From Octopus vulgaris (Eukaryota): 64,000 nt of DNA. The stretch spans positions 76,322,001-76,386,000 of the forward strand of contig OX597821.1 of assembly GCA_951406725.2 (NCBI GenBank), given 5' to 3'. Position 1 is the stretch's first letter. Every line of letters starts with the position of its first letter. The position numbers were made by a program, and so were the translations under genes. Under the pieces are notes generated by a model. It was not told where the DNA came from. It saw only the letters and a list, made by a program, of their open reading frames with translations, and searched no databases. Below are positions 41,690-54,747 of the stretch, in pieces.

Positions 41690-42715
41690 TTTTAAATTTT
41701 TGAGAAGATGGCTTAGCTTAGCAAGATACCTAAGCAGTATAGCTTGGTACATATCTACCAACACCTTACGACTCCCGTGCAGATGCCTCTCGGAGTATGT
41801 TGTAGGGTCGCGAATAAGAAAAGCCATGATGTAAAGCAATTCCAAGGACACTAGTGTAAGGGAAGCTAGCATTAAAATTTGCTCGGATAGGAAATGAAAT
41901 GCGGCCAGTGAGTGGCAGGTAGAAGAAGCACGATTAAAGTATAGACCTGTTGTTGGCACTGATGTGATAAGGTGTTCACGTTTGGATAGGTTTCCAGCCT
42001 GCCATATTGGTAATGTCAGAAGAAAAGATCATCTCTTCCAAGGATTCAGTGTAAAGGAAGCACTGACAAGCAGGATGGCATGGCTCAGCAAGAAACCCGA
42101 ACAAGATGGTCAATAGACTGGAACAGCATTTGATCGAATTTCTGGTGGGCTAACATCCATAGAATCAGATTTCTGATCCACTATGTCTCCGACACTTTAC
42201 CATGTCCTACAAACTTACTCACATGGGACAAGAGTTCAGGCTATCTTGTATACCAAAAGAATGTCCCTTCAACATCTCAGCAGCTTCCATAGAGCCTTAG
42301 TTAATGGCCAATACTGCTGAGGGCATGTGTGTGAGAGAGAGGAGTTGTTATCACCGCAAACGTGATACCAACAGCCACTTAGCCAGACAAGTTCTTCTCC
42401 AGGAAGGAGGTCGTCGCTTTTCTCAAAGTAACAGAGGATCCCAGTTGAGTGATACATTAATTGCTCTACATTCTTACACAGCCTTAACCTGAGAGTGGGT
42501 CTCATTGAACTATGAAGGCCCCCCCAGAGCATATCGTCCAGTCACAGCTGTCATCTCAAATTCCACCAAACAGGTGATCATGAGGAGGAACTCATGGAAG
42601 AGGAAAACGAAAGAGAGCTTGCCAAAAGCTAGATATTTGTGGAACAGTGTAGAAATCAGGGCTGGAGAAGATGCTGTTAGGCAACTGAAGTAGCTTCCGG
42701 AGTTTTGTGAGACGT
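41690..42715 (+). mobile_element. Degenerate HERO/NeSL-like RLE LINE fragment
   Basis: RIRFLIHYVSDTLPCPTNL..W, SLQHLSS..RAL..GQY..H, S...KQV motifs across frames. Confidence 0.6.
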
Positions 42716-42939
42716 TCACAAGAGGCTCAACACAGAGGGGACAAACAAGGACAGACAAACGGATTAAGTCCATTACATCGACCCCAGTGCGTAACTGGTA
42801 CTTAATTTATCGACCCCGAAAGGATGAAAGGCAAAGTCGACCTCGGCAGAGTTTTAACTCAGAACGTAGCGGCAGACGAAATACCGCAAAGCATTTCACC
42901 CGGCATGCTAACGTTCTGCCAGCTCGCTGCCTTCATAAG

Positions 42940-43480
42940 AAGTTCAATTCCCGAACCCATAAAAAACTGGATTACCTTAGAAACTTCAAATATAGAACAA
43001 GCAACTGCTATGGACTATTTAAAATATATAAAAATCAGCTAATTAATAAAAGAACAAAAACTATTTGTGTGAGCATGCCACACCAACGGATTTAAAACTG
43101 TGTCCCTCACCCGTCTTGCAGAACACCTCGCTTAAAAAACTTCCTAGACATTCATCTAAAGCCTTTCCTCAAGCACATATTGAACTTATACGAGATGATC
43201 TTGATATACTCAGCCATCTTTCTAATGCAGCAGGTGAAAATATCCACATTATAAAACTTGATGCTGTGAAGTTTTACAGCAACATACCACACAATTTTAA
43301 ATCAAAGCTCTCAAATACTAGCCAAAATGTATAGATGGAAGATTTATTGTGGCTGGCCTCGTTATTTTTGAAAGTGACTACTTTACGTTCGGTAACACAG
43401 CCAAGCGACAAAGGTCAGGAACGAGCACGGGAACGAAAATGATTCCAACATATGCAAACTTAGTCGGCGGATATTATAGC
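42940..43480 (+). pseudogene. Degenerate Penelope-like RT fragment
   Basis: YGLFKIYK, IRDDLDIL, KLDAVKFYSNIPH, GTSTGTKMIPTYANL across frames. Confidence 0.7.
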
Positions 43481-43699
43481 TTGAGAGTCTATTATTAATT
43501 CTCACCATAGCCAACGAACAGGTTCGCTTAGCTGGGGTTCATTCTTGTTCCCATGGCCACTCCCAATAATGATGACAAAATTCGCCCGCGAACGAGAAGT
43601 AGTTAAGAGAGAGGAGAAGTTCAATCAAACGGAGGAGGGTAGCGGTATGAAGCTGAGGGTCAGGACGAAGATCAAGAAAATGTTTTAAAGCAGGAGGGT

Positions 43700-44075
<376 letters not shown>

Positions 44076-44077
44076 AA

Positions 44078-44264
44078 ACATTGATTAGAGAACAAACATA
44101 AAATTCGGGTCAACGATTTTATATAACACCAAGCATCCATACATTTCATCATATGTAAACATTACCATGGCCTTCAACATATAGAATATATGATGAAATG
44201 TACGGAAGCGTGATGTTATACAAAGTTGTGGACCCGAATTTGATGTTTGTTCTCTAAACAATGC
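44078..44264. repeat. ~77-bp imperfect inverted repeat, ~32-nt spacer
   Basis: TTAGAGAACAAACAT.AAATTCGGGTC..TACATTTCATCATAT and its reverse complement. Confidence 0.85.
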
Positions 44265-45557
44265 TTTTTGTCTCTGTCACAATTTCATTTGAGCACTTCT
44301 TTTTCGCAGTTCTATAAACCCTTCTTGTTTCCATAAAAAGAGGCAAAACTGATTTCTTGTCTTGTATATATAATGGTGTGTATGTGTATGTATACACAAC
44401 ACGTGTATACAAATATAGACGTAAGCGTATCTATATAGATGTATGTGTATGCGTGCATGAATACATAGGGAAATGCATATACTGATCGACATAAGCGTAC
44501 ACATTAGCATGCGATTAATACACATTTTGTATATAAGTATATGCATATATAAGTATATGTGAATGTGTGATGTATGTTATAAATAAATATTCTTCTTAGA
44601 CTTAATCTCGACGCCGCTAACTATAAAGATCAAGCAACGGATTTTAACGCACTTAGATATGTAGGACAAAGAATAAATACGTTGCACGCACCCCCACCCC
44701 AGCCCCCACAAATCAGAAATATATATGCATGTTTGTGTATGTGTGTGTGTGTGTACATATATGGGGAATAGCTTTTCTTTTATACATGTTTTATTAAACA
44801 TACGACTGTGTTCAAGTTTTATCCTTTTTACTTTAAATTGTTTGATTTGTCAGCGAAATATTTTTACAGTTTGTAAAATAATGTTCTAAAGTCCATATTC
44901 GACGTTTCTAGACCTTCATACTCTCACTTTTAAGAATTGAGTACATTTGGTAATCTGTATTAGTTCTCATATTTTGGTTGAATCTATGTAGATTTTTCCA
45001 CCGAAGTTTTTTTTTTTTTTTTCACTATTAGGCTGCTACATCATCAGACCTGCAACTCCATTTAACTATACCCCACAAAACAAAGTTAGATAATACTTGC
45101 GGATAATATTCACATATTCTAAAATTCCACAAAACAACAAGTTAATTCGAAAACCATACTCAAGTCGCAAAACAATGCCAAAGCAAACACAAACAACACA
45201 TACATCAAAAACAGTAACTCGTGTCTATTGACATCGGAATCCATAACATAGAATTTTGACCACAAGGTTACAAATCCAGTTGGAACTGCTGACGTGAAAA
45301 CCACAAAAGCTTTGGCGAAGAAATTTACATAAATTCAACTAGTATATGAGAAACAACACATATGCTAACTATATATAATTCTTGAATATGAGAGTGTGAA
45401 GGTTTAGAAACGTCGGATATAAACTTTGAAACATTATTGTCCTAAATAAGTAGTAAAAAACTAATAAGGAAATACGAAAAATCAAATATACAAAAGATAA
45501 AATATGAAGAAAGTTATGCATTTAATGAATAACACACACACACTCATATATATATAT

Positions 45558-45606
<49 letters not shown>

Positions 45607-45674
45607 ACAAATGCAATATCTTTGCATATCTCATCTCTATTTTCATTCCTTCACTTCACTTATTTTTAATCCCG

Positions 45675-45810
45675 TAGGGTGTCCTACAATCACTCTCCTC
45701 ACCAAGCAAGCCTAGTGAGTGTTGCCAGTTTAGTCGCTGACGAGCCGACCATGCAACAGGGTGTACTGGATTACACGTTACCAGTACCATTCAAAAGCGA
45801 CCTGATATAC
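45675..45810 (+). repeat. Unclassified interspersed repeat; second copy at 46580-46715
   Basis: AGGGTGTCC..CTCCTCAC..GTTTAGTCGC..CCGACCATGCAACAGG..GCGACCT is shared. Confidence 0.6.
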
Positions 45811-45849
45811 ATACAGGTTGCCAACATGATTTCAAGTAGAGCCATTTTA

Positions 45850-46066
45850 TTTCTTTATTGCCCACAAGGGGCTAAATACAGAGGGGACAGACAAACGGAT
45901 TAAGTCGATTATATCGACCCAGTGCGTAACTGGTACTTATTTAATCAACCCCGAAAGGATGAAAGGCAAAGTCGACCTCGGCGGAATTTGAACTCAGAAC
46001 GTAGCGGCAGACGAAATACCACTAAGCATTTCGCCCGGCGTGCTAACGGTTCCGCTAGCTCACCGT
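45850..46066 (-). mobile_element. SINE family A copy with 12-bp TSD
   Basis: AGTAGAGCCATT at 45835-45846 and 46074-46085. Confidence 0.8.
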
Positions 46067-46727
46067 CCTATCGAGTAGAGCCATTGCCTGACTTCTTTAT
46101 GCCCTAGAATATCATCGATGAACTTCAGCAAAATTTGCTCAAGCAATACCCGTGCCAGAAGCTTTTTAAAGTAAGGAAAGATCTTGCACTCACCCAATTC
46201 CACTCTCTAAGTACCAAAAGCGAAACCTGCAAAGAGGAATAGATCCTCATCAATGGATGCTCTTTGAGACTGCAGGTTTAATTTCGGAGTATCCTTCTCT
46301 TAGATAGCTTGTTATCCAAAACTAAAGAACTACTATCCGCCCATCGTAAGTGTTTTACATGCACTCACACCGACACACACACACAGACATACATTAACAG
46401 CCACAAAGTTAGTCAGAAAAATTCATGGAAACAAAAATTTAAATTAAAAAATACACTCAAGAATAGACACACGCGCGCGCGCGCGCAAAATATACCCACG
46501 CAACTTTACATACTTTATTGGATGGCCGTTGACCCTTCTCAGGTCTTCCGCCCTTTGACGGGTCTTGTTTTTTTTATCTCGCAGGGTGTCCAATAGTCGC
46601 CCTCCTCACTAAGTAAGCTTGGTGGGTTTGCTGGTTTAGTCGCCGAGGACCCGACCATGCAACAGGTTGTACTGGGTTACATGTTACAAGTAGCACTCTA
46701 GAGCGACCTCACATAGCATAACATACA

Positions 46728-47120
46728 TATTGTTATTGGGGCCTTGGGACATGCAACACACTGACTAAATACCAATCTTGAGAAACTAGGCTTCCCAAAA
46801 GCAAAAAGGAGAAAGCTAATTTAAAGACTACAGATCCAATCCATAACTGGAACTGTAAAAATCTGTAAAACTTTCCAGAAGTTTATCATTTAAATATATA
46901 TATGAGCATGTCTAGATATGTAATTATACGCATGAGAATACATACATAAAACATACAAATCTGCACATACATACATACATACGTACGTACGTACCACTGG
47001 AACTGTAGAAATTTGTAAAACTTCCCAGATGTTTATCATTTAAATATATATGAACATGTCTAGATATGTAATTAAACGCATGAGAAGACATACATAAAAC
47101 ATACAAATCTGCACATACAT
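46728..47120 (+). mobile_element. RLE-LINE 3' end plus a tandem second 3' end, each tailed by (CATA)n
   Basis: IVIGALG..NLEKLG..LQIQSITGTVKI..F; 46846-46975 is repeated at 46996-47120. Confidence 0.65.
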
Positions 47121-47515
47121 ACATACATACGTACGTACATACATACATACATACATACATACATACATACATAAATACATACATACATACATACATACAT
47201 ACGTACGTACATACATACACACACACATACATACATACATACATACATACATACATACATGCATACATACACACACACATACATACATACATACATACAC
47301 ACATACATACATACATACATACATACATACATACATACATACATACATACATACGTACGTACGTACGTACGTACGTACATACACACACACACACACACAC
47401 ATACATACATACATACATACATACATGCATACATACACACACACACATACATACATACATACACACATACATACATGCATACATACATACATACATACAT
47501 ACATACATACATACA

Positions 47516-47546
<31 letters not shown>

Positions 47547-47676
47547 CCTATTGATGTTGAAATTCCAATGAAGAAGCCTTGGATCTAGGTTAGAAACCAG
47601 CTCTTTCCCTATCGGCAAGAAATCTTGAAATAAAACTGAATAATTACATATATACACATATACATACATACTCATA

Positions 47677-47793
<117 letters not shown>

Positions 47794-50700
47794 GCACACT
47801 CCGATTCATGCATATACACACACAGATACATACATATAGACACACACACACACATTTGTATTTGTTAAGTGAGTCTTGAGTTGAGTTAAGTGACTGTGTG
47901 TGAGTGAGGCGAGTAAAAGATTGCATAAGCCTAAATAATATGACCGGAGTCGGACAATAAGGGACAGGGTGGAGTGTGAGGGGGGAGGGGTAATTGAAGA
48001 GGATGAATTCATGTAAACCGATACATCGAGGACAACCACATCACCACCACCACCACCACCATCACCACTATCACTAACACCATTACCATCACGACCACCG
48101 CCACCGCATTTGTCACTACTCTCTCTCTCTCTCTCTCTCTCTCTGTGGTTACCATCCACGACCACCACCTCCAGCATGATAACCGCAAGTATCGCCGCCA
48201 TCGCCATCACCTCTGCCACCATTAATATTGACACCCCCACCTCCGTCGGCACTACTACCATCGCCATTACTGGCATCCAGTACTTTCACCACTAACACCA
48301 CCACCACTACCACTACCATCACCACCACCACAACCACCACCCTCACCATTACATCCAATACAACCACCATCATCATCACCACCACTACCATCATCATCAC
48401 CACAACTACCACCACCCCCACAACCATCACAACCACCACCACCACAATCACCACCATCACCACAACCACCACCACCATCACTACAACCACTATCACTACA
48501 ACCACCACCACCATCATTACTGTCATCACCATCAACACTACTACTACTACCACCACCACCACCACCACCATCATTACATCCAATACTACCACCATCATCA
48601 TTACCACCACCACCACCGTCGCTACTGCTATCACCACCGCCATTATCACAACCACTACCACCACCATCGCCATTATCACTACCGCCACCACCACCACAAC
48701 TACCAACGCAGTCGTTACTGCCATACCACACCATTTCAATTATTTGTCTTCGTCGAGATCACCACCACCGTCACCAACACCAACACCAACACACGCGTGC
48801 ACACACACACACACACACATACACACACACACACACTCTACTTGCAACCACCACCACCATCACTCACGCCGCCACAACCCCCACCAAGCACCGTTGCTGC
48901 CCTATACATATATATATATATATATTTCCCCGCCGTCCGATCCTAATTCGACCAACTCGAAAGTCACCATTTACCCCTCCGATTCAACCGCTTCACACGA
49001 AGCCCTCTCCCCGGGGACTTCGAGCGTTAATGGATGAGCACACTTCAAATACACTAAGTTGGCAAGATTATCCAAACCAAACATATTAGACATAATAACA
49101 ACAAGAAGAATAATTGTGATAATAACCTCACTTTTTTTTTCTCGGGGAGATAATTATTTTTTGTGTGTAATACGATATGTAGGTTGACTGTCAGAGAAAT
49201 ATGTCTAATAGAGACAGGACCAACATTCGGAAGCAGAGGGAATTAAATAGACCCTTTCTTTTCAATTAAGATGGGATTTCTAGCAAGATCGTATTGCACC
49301 TCTGTAGAGTCCCTGTGAAACCATTGTTGAGCAATAAATGCGGTAATCAATAAAACCGCGGCCGTTCTAAATATTGATTTATCAAATTTGAGCTGTTTGT
49401 TAAAACATTTATAAACATGTTTAGAGGGTTTGAGTGACAAAGAGTAAAGAATTATAACAAAAGAAATCAAGCAAATTTAGAATTATTGCCGTTGTACAAT
49501 AACATCAGGTGTATAGTCGCACTCTCTGATGAACATCGGTTTAGTGGCTAGCAATTAACGAATCGCTCTTGTAAACCCGTCAACAAACACCACCTTCACA
49601 AAATACAAACACAGGACTGTATAAACACATAAATATTTGCTTGTTTGTTTAATTTTCTAACACCTAATTAATTGTTTTTTTCACCCCTTCATTTTGTAGT
49701 ATTGTTTCTTCCATATTTTCTTTGTTTTCTCTTAGTTCGAGTCGGACTTAAAAAAAAAAAAAGAAATACAATGTTACAAACGAAGGGAAAATTGAAAAGG
49801 AAACTCACTGAACTGAGACTCTTTCAGGAAAGACGCTGAACTGATCACCTTACAGTATTTAGGGATGTCAATTGAAGTCCGGAGTTCAAATCCCTTTTTA
49901 GGCCGATAACATCCACTCCTCTAAGGTACAAAATGTACCAAATATATCATTAAACCGATTCAATTGACTATATTCCCATTCACGCAATAAATATATACCC
50001 TGCACTATTATAAAAAATCAATATTTGGTTGAAGGATGTGGTACCGTCGTTGAACAAAAAGATTGCCCTACCAAACCGAGAACACAGTGCGGTATTTGTC
50101 CTGGTTGAAACCATTTCTTTTAATTTAAGTGAAAAATCTCGACAAAGGAGAGTCCCACTCGCCCCGCTTTTTTCCCCCGGCAAAAAGAAACCTGGAGTTT
50201 ATCGAAGAGCAAATATGAAAAACAATTCAGTTTCATTCCTTTAGTTTTGTTTGTTCCTTCTCGAGCCACGTCTGGCTCATTAGGGCCGGTTTCCCCGTTT
50301 CCTTGGCGTATAGGTTCCCCACCTGGACGAGACGCCGGTCCGTCGCAGGTGATCTGCAAGATGCAGGAGGAAAGAGCGAGAGGAAGTTGTGGCGAAAGAG
50401 TCAGCAGAAGTTCACCTTTACCTTCTGCCGGGACCGGTGAAGCTTGGGTGTTTCGCTCATAAACACACACATCGCCCGGTCTGAGACTCAAACCCGCGAT
50501 CTCTCGACAGCGAGTCTGCTGCTCTAGCCACTAGGCTATGTTAATCCACTCCTTTAGTTTTAGTGTGGCACAATTCTATCGTCTATCATCGTTTGTTTCG
50601 CTCTTCATCCCCTCTGAAGCGATAAAGTAGGTACCAGTCATATATTAAGCAGATTCAATTAATAAAAGACTAGCAATGACATGAACGGAAAAGGTAAAGC

Positions 50701-51075
50701 ATTAGACATTTCTCAATTTCATTTTCTTTTGTCTCGTATTTTCCGCGGTCGTTAGAAATGGGCTCCAGTTAATTACTAAGAATTCATTCGAGAAAACAAT
50801 AAGAATGCCTTCTGCTTCTGAGTCGTTCAGTTTGTCTTCGTGTAGCGTATAATCAACCTAGCAGAGTTCATAGCCAATTGATAACATTCGCACTTGGTCA
50901 ATATAGATTTCGTTGCCCAAGTCTCTGAACTTGTACATGTTCGAGAGAAACTGATAATAATTTCTTACACAAATCACTCCTGTTCACAGATGAAATATTT
51001 GAATTAAGAAACATATTGACAATTGCAAAGGCACCAAATTCTCTCTCTCTCTCCCTCTCCCTCTCTCTCTCTCCC

Positions 51076-51109
<34 letters not shown>

Positions 51110-52698
51110 TCACACACACACACACATAGTTGTTTGTGTATACATCATTTCCTCCATAAACCAAATCTTATGAACAATTAGAACTCCACCAAGTGTCATA
51201 CAACTAGTGAAGTACTAAGACGTTCATATTTGAATTTCATTCGAGTCCCACTGATTAAGTGAGGTAAATTTCATTCGTTGTCTAAATCGGCATCTTTTGA
51301 TTGTTTGTGATTTTTCTTCCCCAATTTTTATACACGGTATGTGTTGTGTTTCTTCGAAGTTGCCTTTCCAGTACAGATTGCTAGCCAACTTAAAAGAAAT
51401 AGTTCATATTGCTTTATTTTACCTAATTATCAAATTTGCTGTCTCCATCGTAGATGTGCAATGCAGAGGATAATAAAATGAAAACAAAAATCGTTTTGAA
51501 GTGAGCTCATTTACTATCTGATATCATAAAGATCAACCACATCCTTGATTGGGCGAAATACTTTTGTTTAAAACCTCTTATTTCAGGTAACTTTGCATCT
51601 GTTACAGTTTTAATCTTCAATTATATCGCATTTAATTCTGCGGCATTAATCCCTGATTGATCATTTTTTTTAATATATAGGATTTTAAGTAACTCTACTC
51701 CAATCATTTCACTTCTTTTGAGAAAGAAGGTATTTTATGGAGCAATCAGTCTTTTTATGTATGGGTAGTTATAAATTCTTAATGTCACTCTGTTCGATCT
51801 TTAAGTCCTTACCTTTTTTTTATATATCCTCTTATTTGTTCCAATATCGACTAATATTTTTTACCTCGTAGTCTAATGTTTCTTTATGGCTATCTTCATT
51901 GACATAATGTTAACGTCTTCTTTAAAACTGTGATAAATTGTTTCATTTATGGCCAAAATATCTACTCCAGGTTTCAATTACCATCGTATGGCGAACGCAA
52001 TAATTTTTGACAGCTGTTGCCTTCAGCATTACATCTATGCGCTAAAATAGTAGAACTTTTGATTTTTAGAGTCTACCTGGGGAACGTCACTTCTGCCCCA
52101 TGATCCTTGGAGACTCCGAGTTTTCGTTTTTTCTGTGTATTAGCCATATCTTCAGCTGACTCTAAGGTTTGATTATCCTCGTTGTTCATGTTCTGTAACC
52201 AATGTGTATGTGTGTGTGCATGTGTGTGTGTGTGTGTGTGTGCGTGTGTGTGTGTGCATAAAGCGCACTCGAAAGGGGGATAATCACAAACGAAAAGTAC
52301 GTACTTTTCATGTTGATCGCCATCTTTAGCGTCAGACAGAAGGAAAGCAATTAGAAAAAAAAAATTTTAAACCTCAGTGTCTATCAATGTTACAAATGTA
52401 TGTCTAAAACACCTACACCCGAAATAATTGTTGTACTCACCAACATTTTCATCTGTTCATATGAATCTTGCCAAATTGTTAGAATGTGGAATTAGGAAGA
52501 AATCATCATAATTTTAAAAGAGTATAAAAATTTATGCGGAACAACATCACCCACACTTAACACATTCCTATAATAGCTTCGGTGATTTATAAAGACTCCC
52601 CTTGACATTATCAACCCGTACAGTCCTCTCTCCAGCTTACAGCATATCTTCAGACCGTTACTCCCGTTTACTACTCTACTCATCTTATATAATAAATG

Positions 52699-52795
52699 CA
52701 GTGCAACCTCAGTTTACGAATTAAATTCGTTCCTAAAGGCTGTTCGTCACTCGAAATATTCGTAAACCGAAACTATTTTTCCCATTAGAAAATCA
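52699..52795. mobile_element. pogo/Tigger-like MITE end
   Basis: CAGTGCAACCTCAGTTTACGAA..TTCGTTCC..TTCGTAAACCGAAAC. Confidence 0.45.
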
Positions 52796-53289
52796 AGAGA
52801 AGGCACAGCGAATTCGAACAGCGATATGCACTGACCAAAAGCTACACAGCAACTGACACTCTCCCATTGATACTCCTAGTTTGTCTCCGATAAGTGTTGC
52901 CGGCTTGCGTGTTCGTTACGCGAGACACCGTGCGTCACTGAAGACTTTTTATGTTCGAAAAATTACTCTGTATACCAATGAAAAAAAAAGAAAAACGGAA
53001 ATGAGAATAACTTTTTCTGGAAGCATTTTGTATGAAGATCACGAATATAACATTCGTTTCTTTCTGTGACCCTCCAGTTTCCCGTAAATTAACATCTTAC
53101 GATAAGTACACTTACGGTTCCGTAGGAATTGAGTGCAAACAAGATTGGGCCGAAACTGACAACTCTAAAAGTTATGAACAGATTTTGATATAATTTTAAT
53201 GGGATGTTCCTTAGGTATTTATCAATCTAACACGTGAAAATTATAAAAGTATACTCAATATTTTTATAGTTATAAGGATCCAAAACCGT

Positions 53290-54530
53290 GGTAAATCTGA
53301 CAAGAAACCACACCTCATCACTCAACCTGATCTCAATGATCTAGTTCGTGATCTAACACTTACTAAGCAACAAAGTGAAGTCCCGGCCTCACGAGTGCAG
53401 CAATAGAACCTGTTGGATAAAGATGCCCGAATTACAGTATTTAGGAAACATTCTGCAGATCTACAGCAATTCTTCACTTTGGAAAACAACATGATTTTAT
53501 TGTAATGATATCAGAAACCTATTCGATGCCTATGTGCTGACCTATGAACCAAATGAGTGGAGGTTATTCATAGATGCACCCTTTACAGAATAAAAGTGGT
53601 TCTGTTGCACATTGGAAACACCACGCTTTCAGTTCCAGTTGCTCACTCAGTCATTTTAAGAGAGACATATGAAAACTTTGCTTTTATTCTAGAACGCATA
53701 AGTTACGAGGAGCATGAGTAACTAATTTGTGCGGACTTGAAAGCACTAACGGAACGGGGGGCGGGCGGGCGATCCACCCCGGGTGGCACTTTTGGGTCTG
53801 CTGTAGGCAATATGTGTTTTTCGTGAGATCCGGGGCGGCAAACAGAAGGTCCGCTCAGGGCGGCACACATTCTAATTACGCTAGAGCTTGAAAGTAGTAA
53901 CCCTACTTAATGGGCTACAAACTGGATACACTAAGTTTATGTGCTTCCTTTGCAAGTGGGACAGTAAGGTCAGACCAGAACGTTATGTACGCTCAGAATG
54001 GCCTCCACGAGAAACTATGGTGCCTGGATGATCCACTAGTTAAGGAGAAAATCATTTTGCCACCACTGCATATAAAACTAGGCCTAATGAAGCAATTTAC
54101 CAAAACACTGCAACATAGCAAGCCATGTTTCCAGTATGTCAAGGCGATCTTCCTTAAAATAGGTGATACCAAGATTAAAGGGAGAATATTCGTAGGCCCT
54201 CAGATTCGTCAACTTATAGCTGATGAGGACTTCGAGTCGACAATGGATGAAACTGAGCTAGCGGCCTGGCATGCATTCAAAGATGCTTGCAAAGGACTTT
54301 TGGGAAAGTACCAAGTGACCCACCAAGAGAGTATGGCAGAGAGCCTAATCAAGTGCGACCAAGATTTAGGATGCAATATGTCACTGAAAATACACTTTCT
54401 TCATTCTCATCTGTCCTTATTGCCAGAGAATGCAGGAGATGTGAGTGGTGAACATGGAGAGAGGTTCCTTCAAGATACAACGACACTGGAATACAGGTAT
54501 TAGGGGAAATGGAGCCCAGCAATAAACGAA
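53290..54530 (+). pseudogene. Chapaev3-like (CMC) transposase remnant
   Basis: HLITQ.DLNDLVRDL, EWRLFID, ICADLKVV, GYTKFMCFLC.WDS, ILPPLHIKLGLMKQF, MSLKIHFLHSHL, S.EHGERF; stops and frameshifts. Superfamily assignment is from recalled motifs. Confidence 0.7.
53744..53886. mobile_element. hAT-type MITE nested in the transposase
   Basis: Exact 8-bp TSD CTTGAAAG (53736-53743, 53887-53894); GC-rich CCCGGG subterminal motifs; removal restores DLKVV. Confidence 0.7.
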
Positions 54531-54556
54531 GAAGTAAATACGAAAATATAGTAGAA

Positions 54557-54747
54557 TTCTATATTTAAGAGATTAGGAATTATGTACATTATTTACATTC
54601 AACGGATATTTGTCCTCATCCTGTTTGTTGTTAAGATAACGTTTCGGCTGATATACCCTCCCGCCTTCATCAGGTGTCTCGAGGAAATTTCGAACTTGGG
54701 TTCTCATTCCTAAGGTGTTTTTGATGCTATTATTATTATTATTATTA
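54557..54747 (-). mobile_element. 3' half of the same SINE, containing a hammerhead motif
   Basis: Minus strand (AAT)n-AGCATCAAAAACACCTTAGGAATGAGAACCC...; homologous to 18003-18118 and 7203-7300. Confidence 0.7.
54633..54678 (-). ncRNA. Minimal type I hammerhead ribozyme motif (stem I 3' strand mutated in this copy)
   Basis: Minus strand GACAC-CTGATGA-A-GGCGG..CAGCC-GAAAC-GTT. Sister copies carry GTGTT after the triplet, which would pair with GACAC. Confidence 0.6.

Noticed and set aside
48228-49037. 269-aa Thr-rich mucin-like ORF
   Set aside because: Degenerate (CAC/CAT)n tract open in several frames on both strands; no signal peptide or splice support.
54220-54256. CTGATGAGGACTTCGAGTC hammerhead-like start
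   Set aside because: Followed by GACA, not GAAA; lies in transposase coding sequence (ADEDFES).
53910-54503. 197-aa ORF as a domesticated host gene
   Set aside because: Part of a transposase with stops, frameshifts and a MITE insertion.
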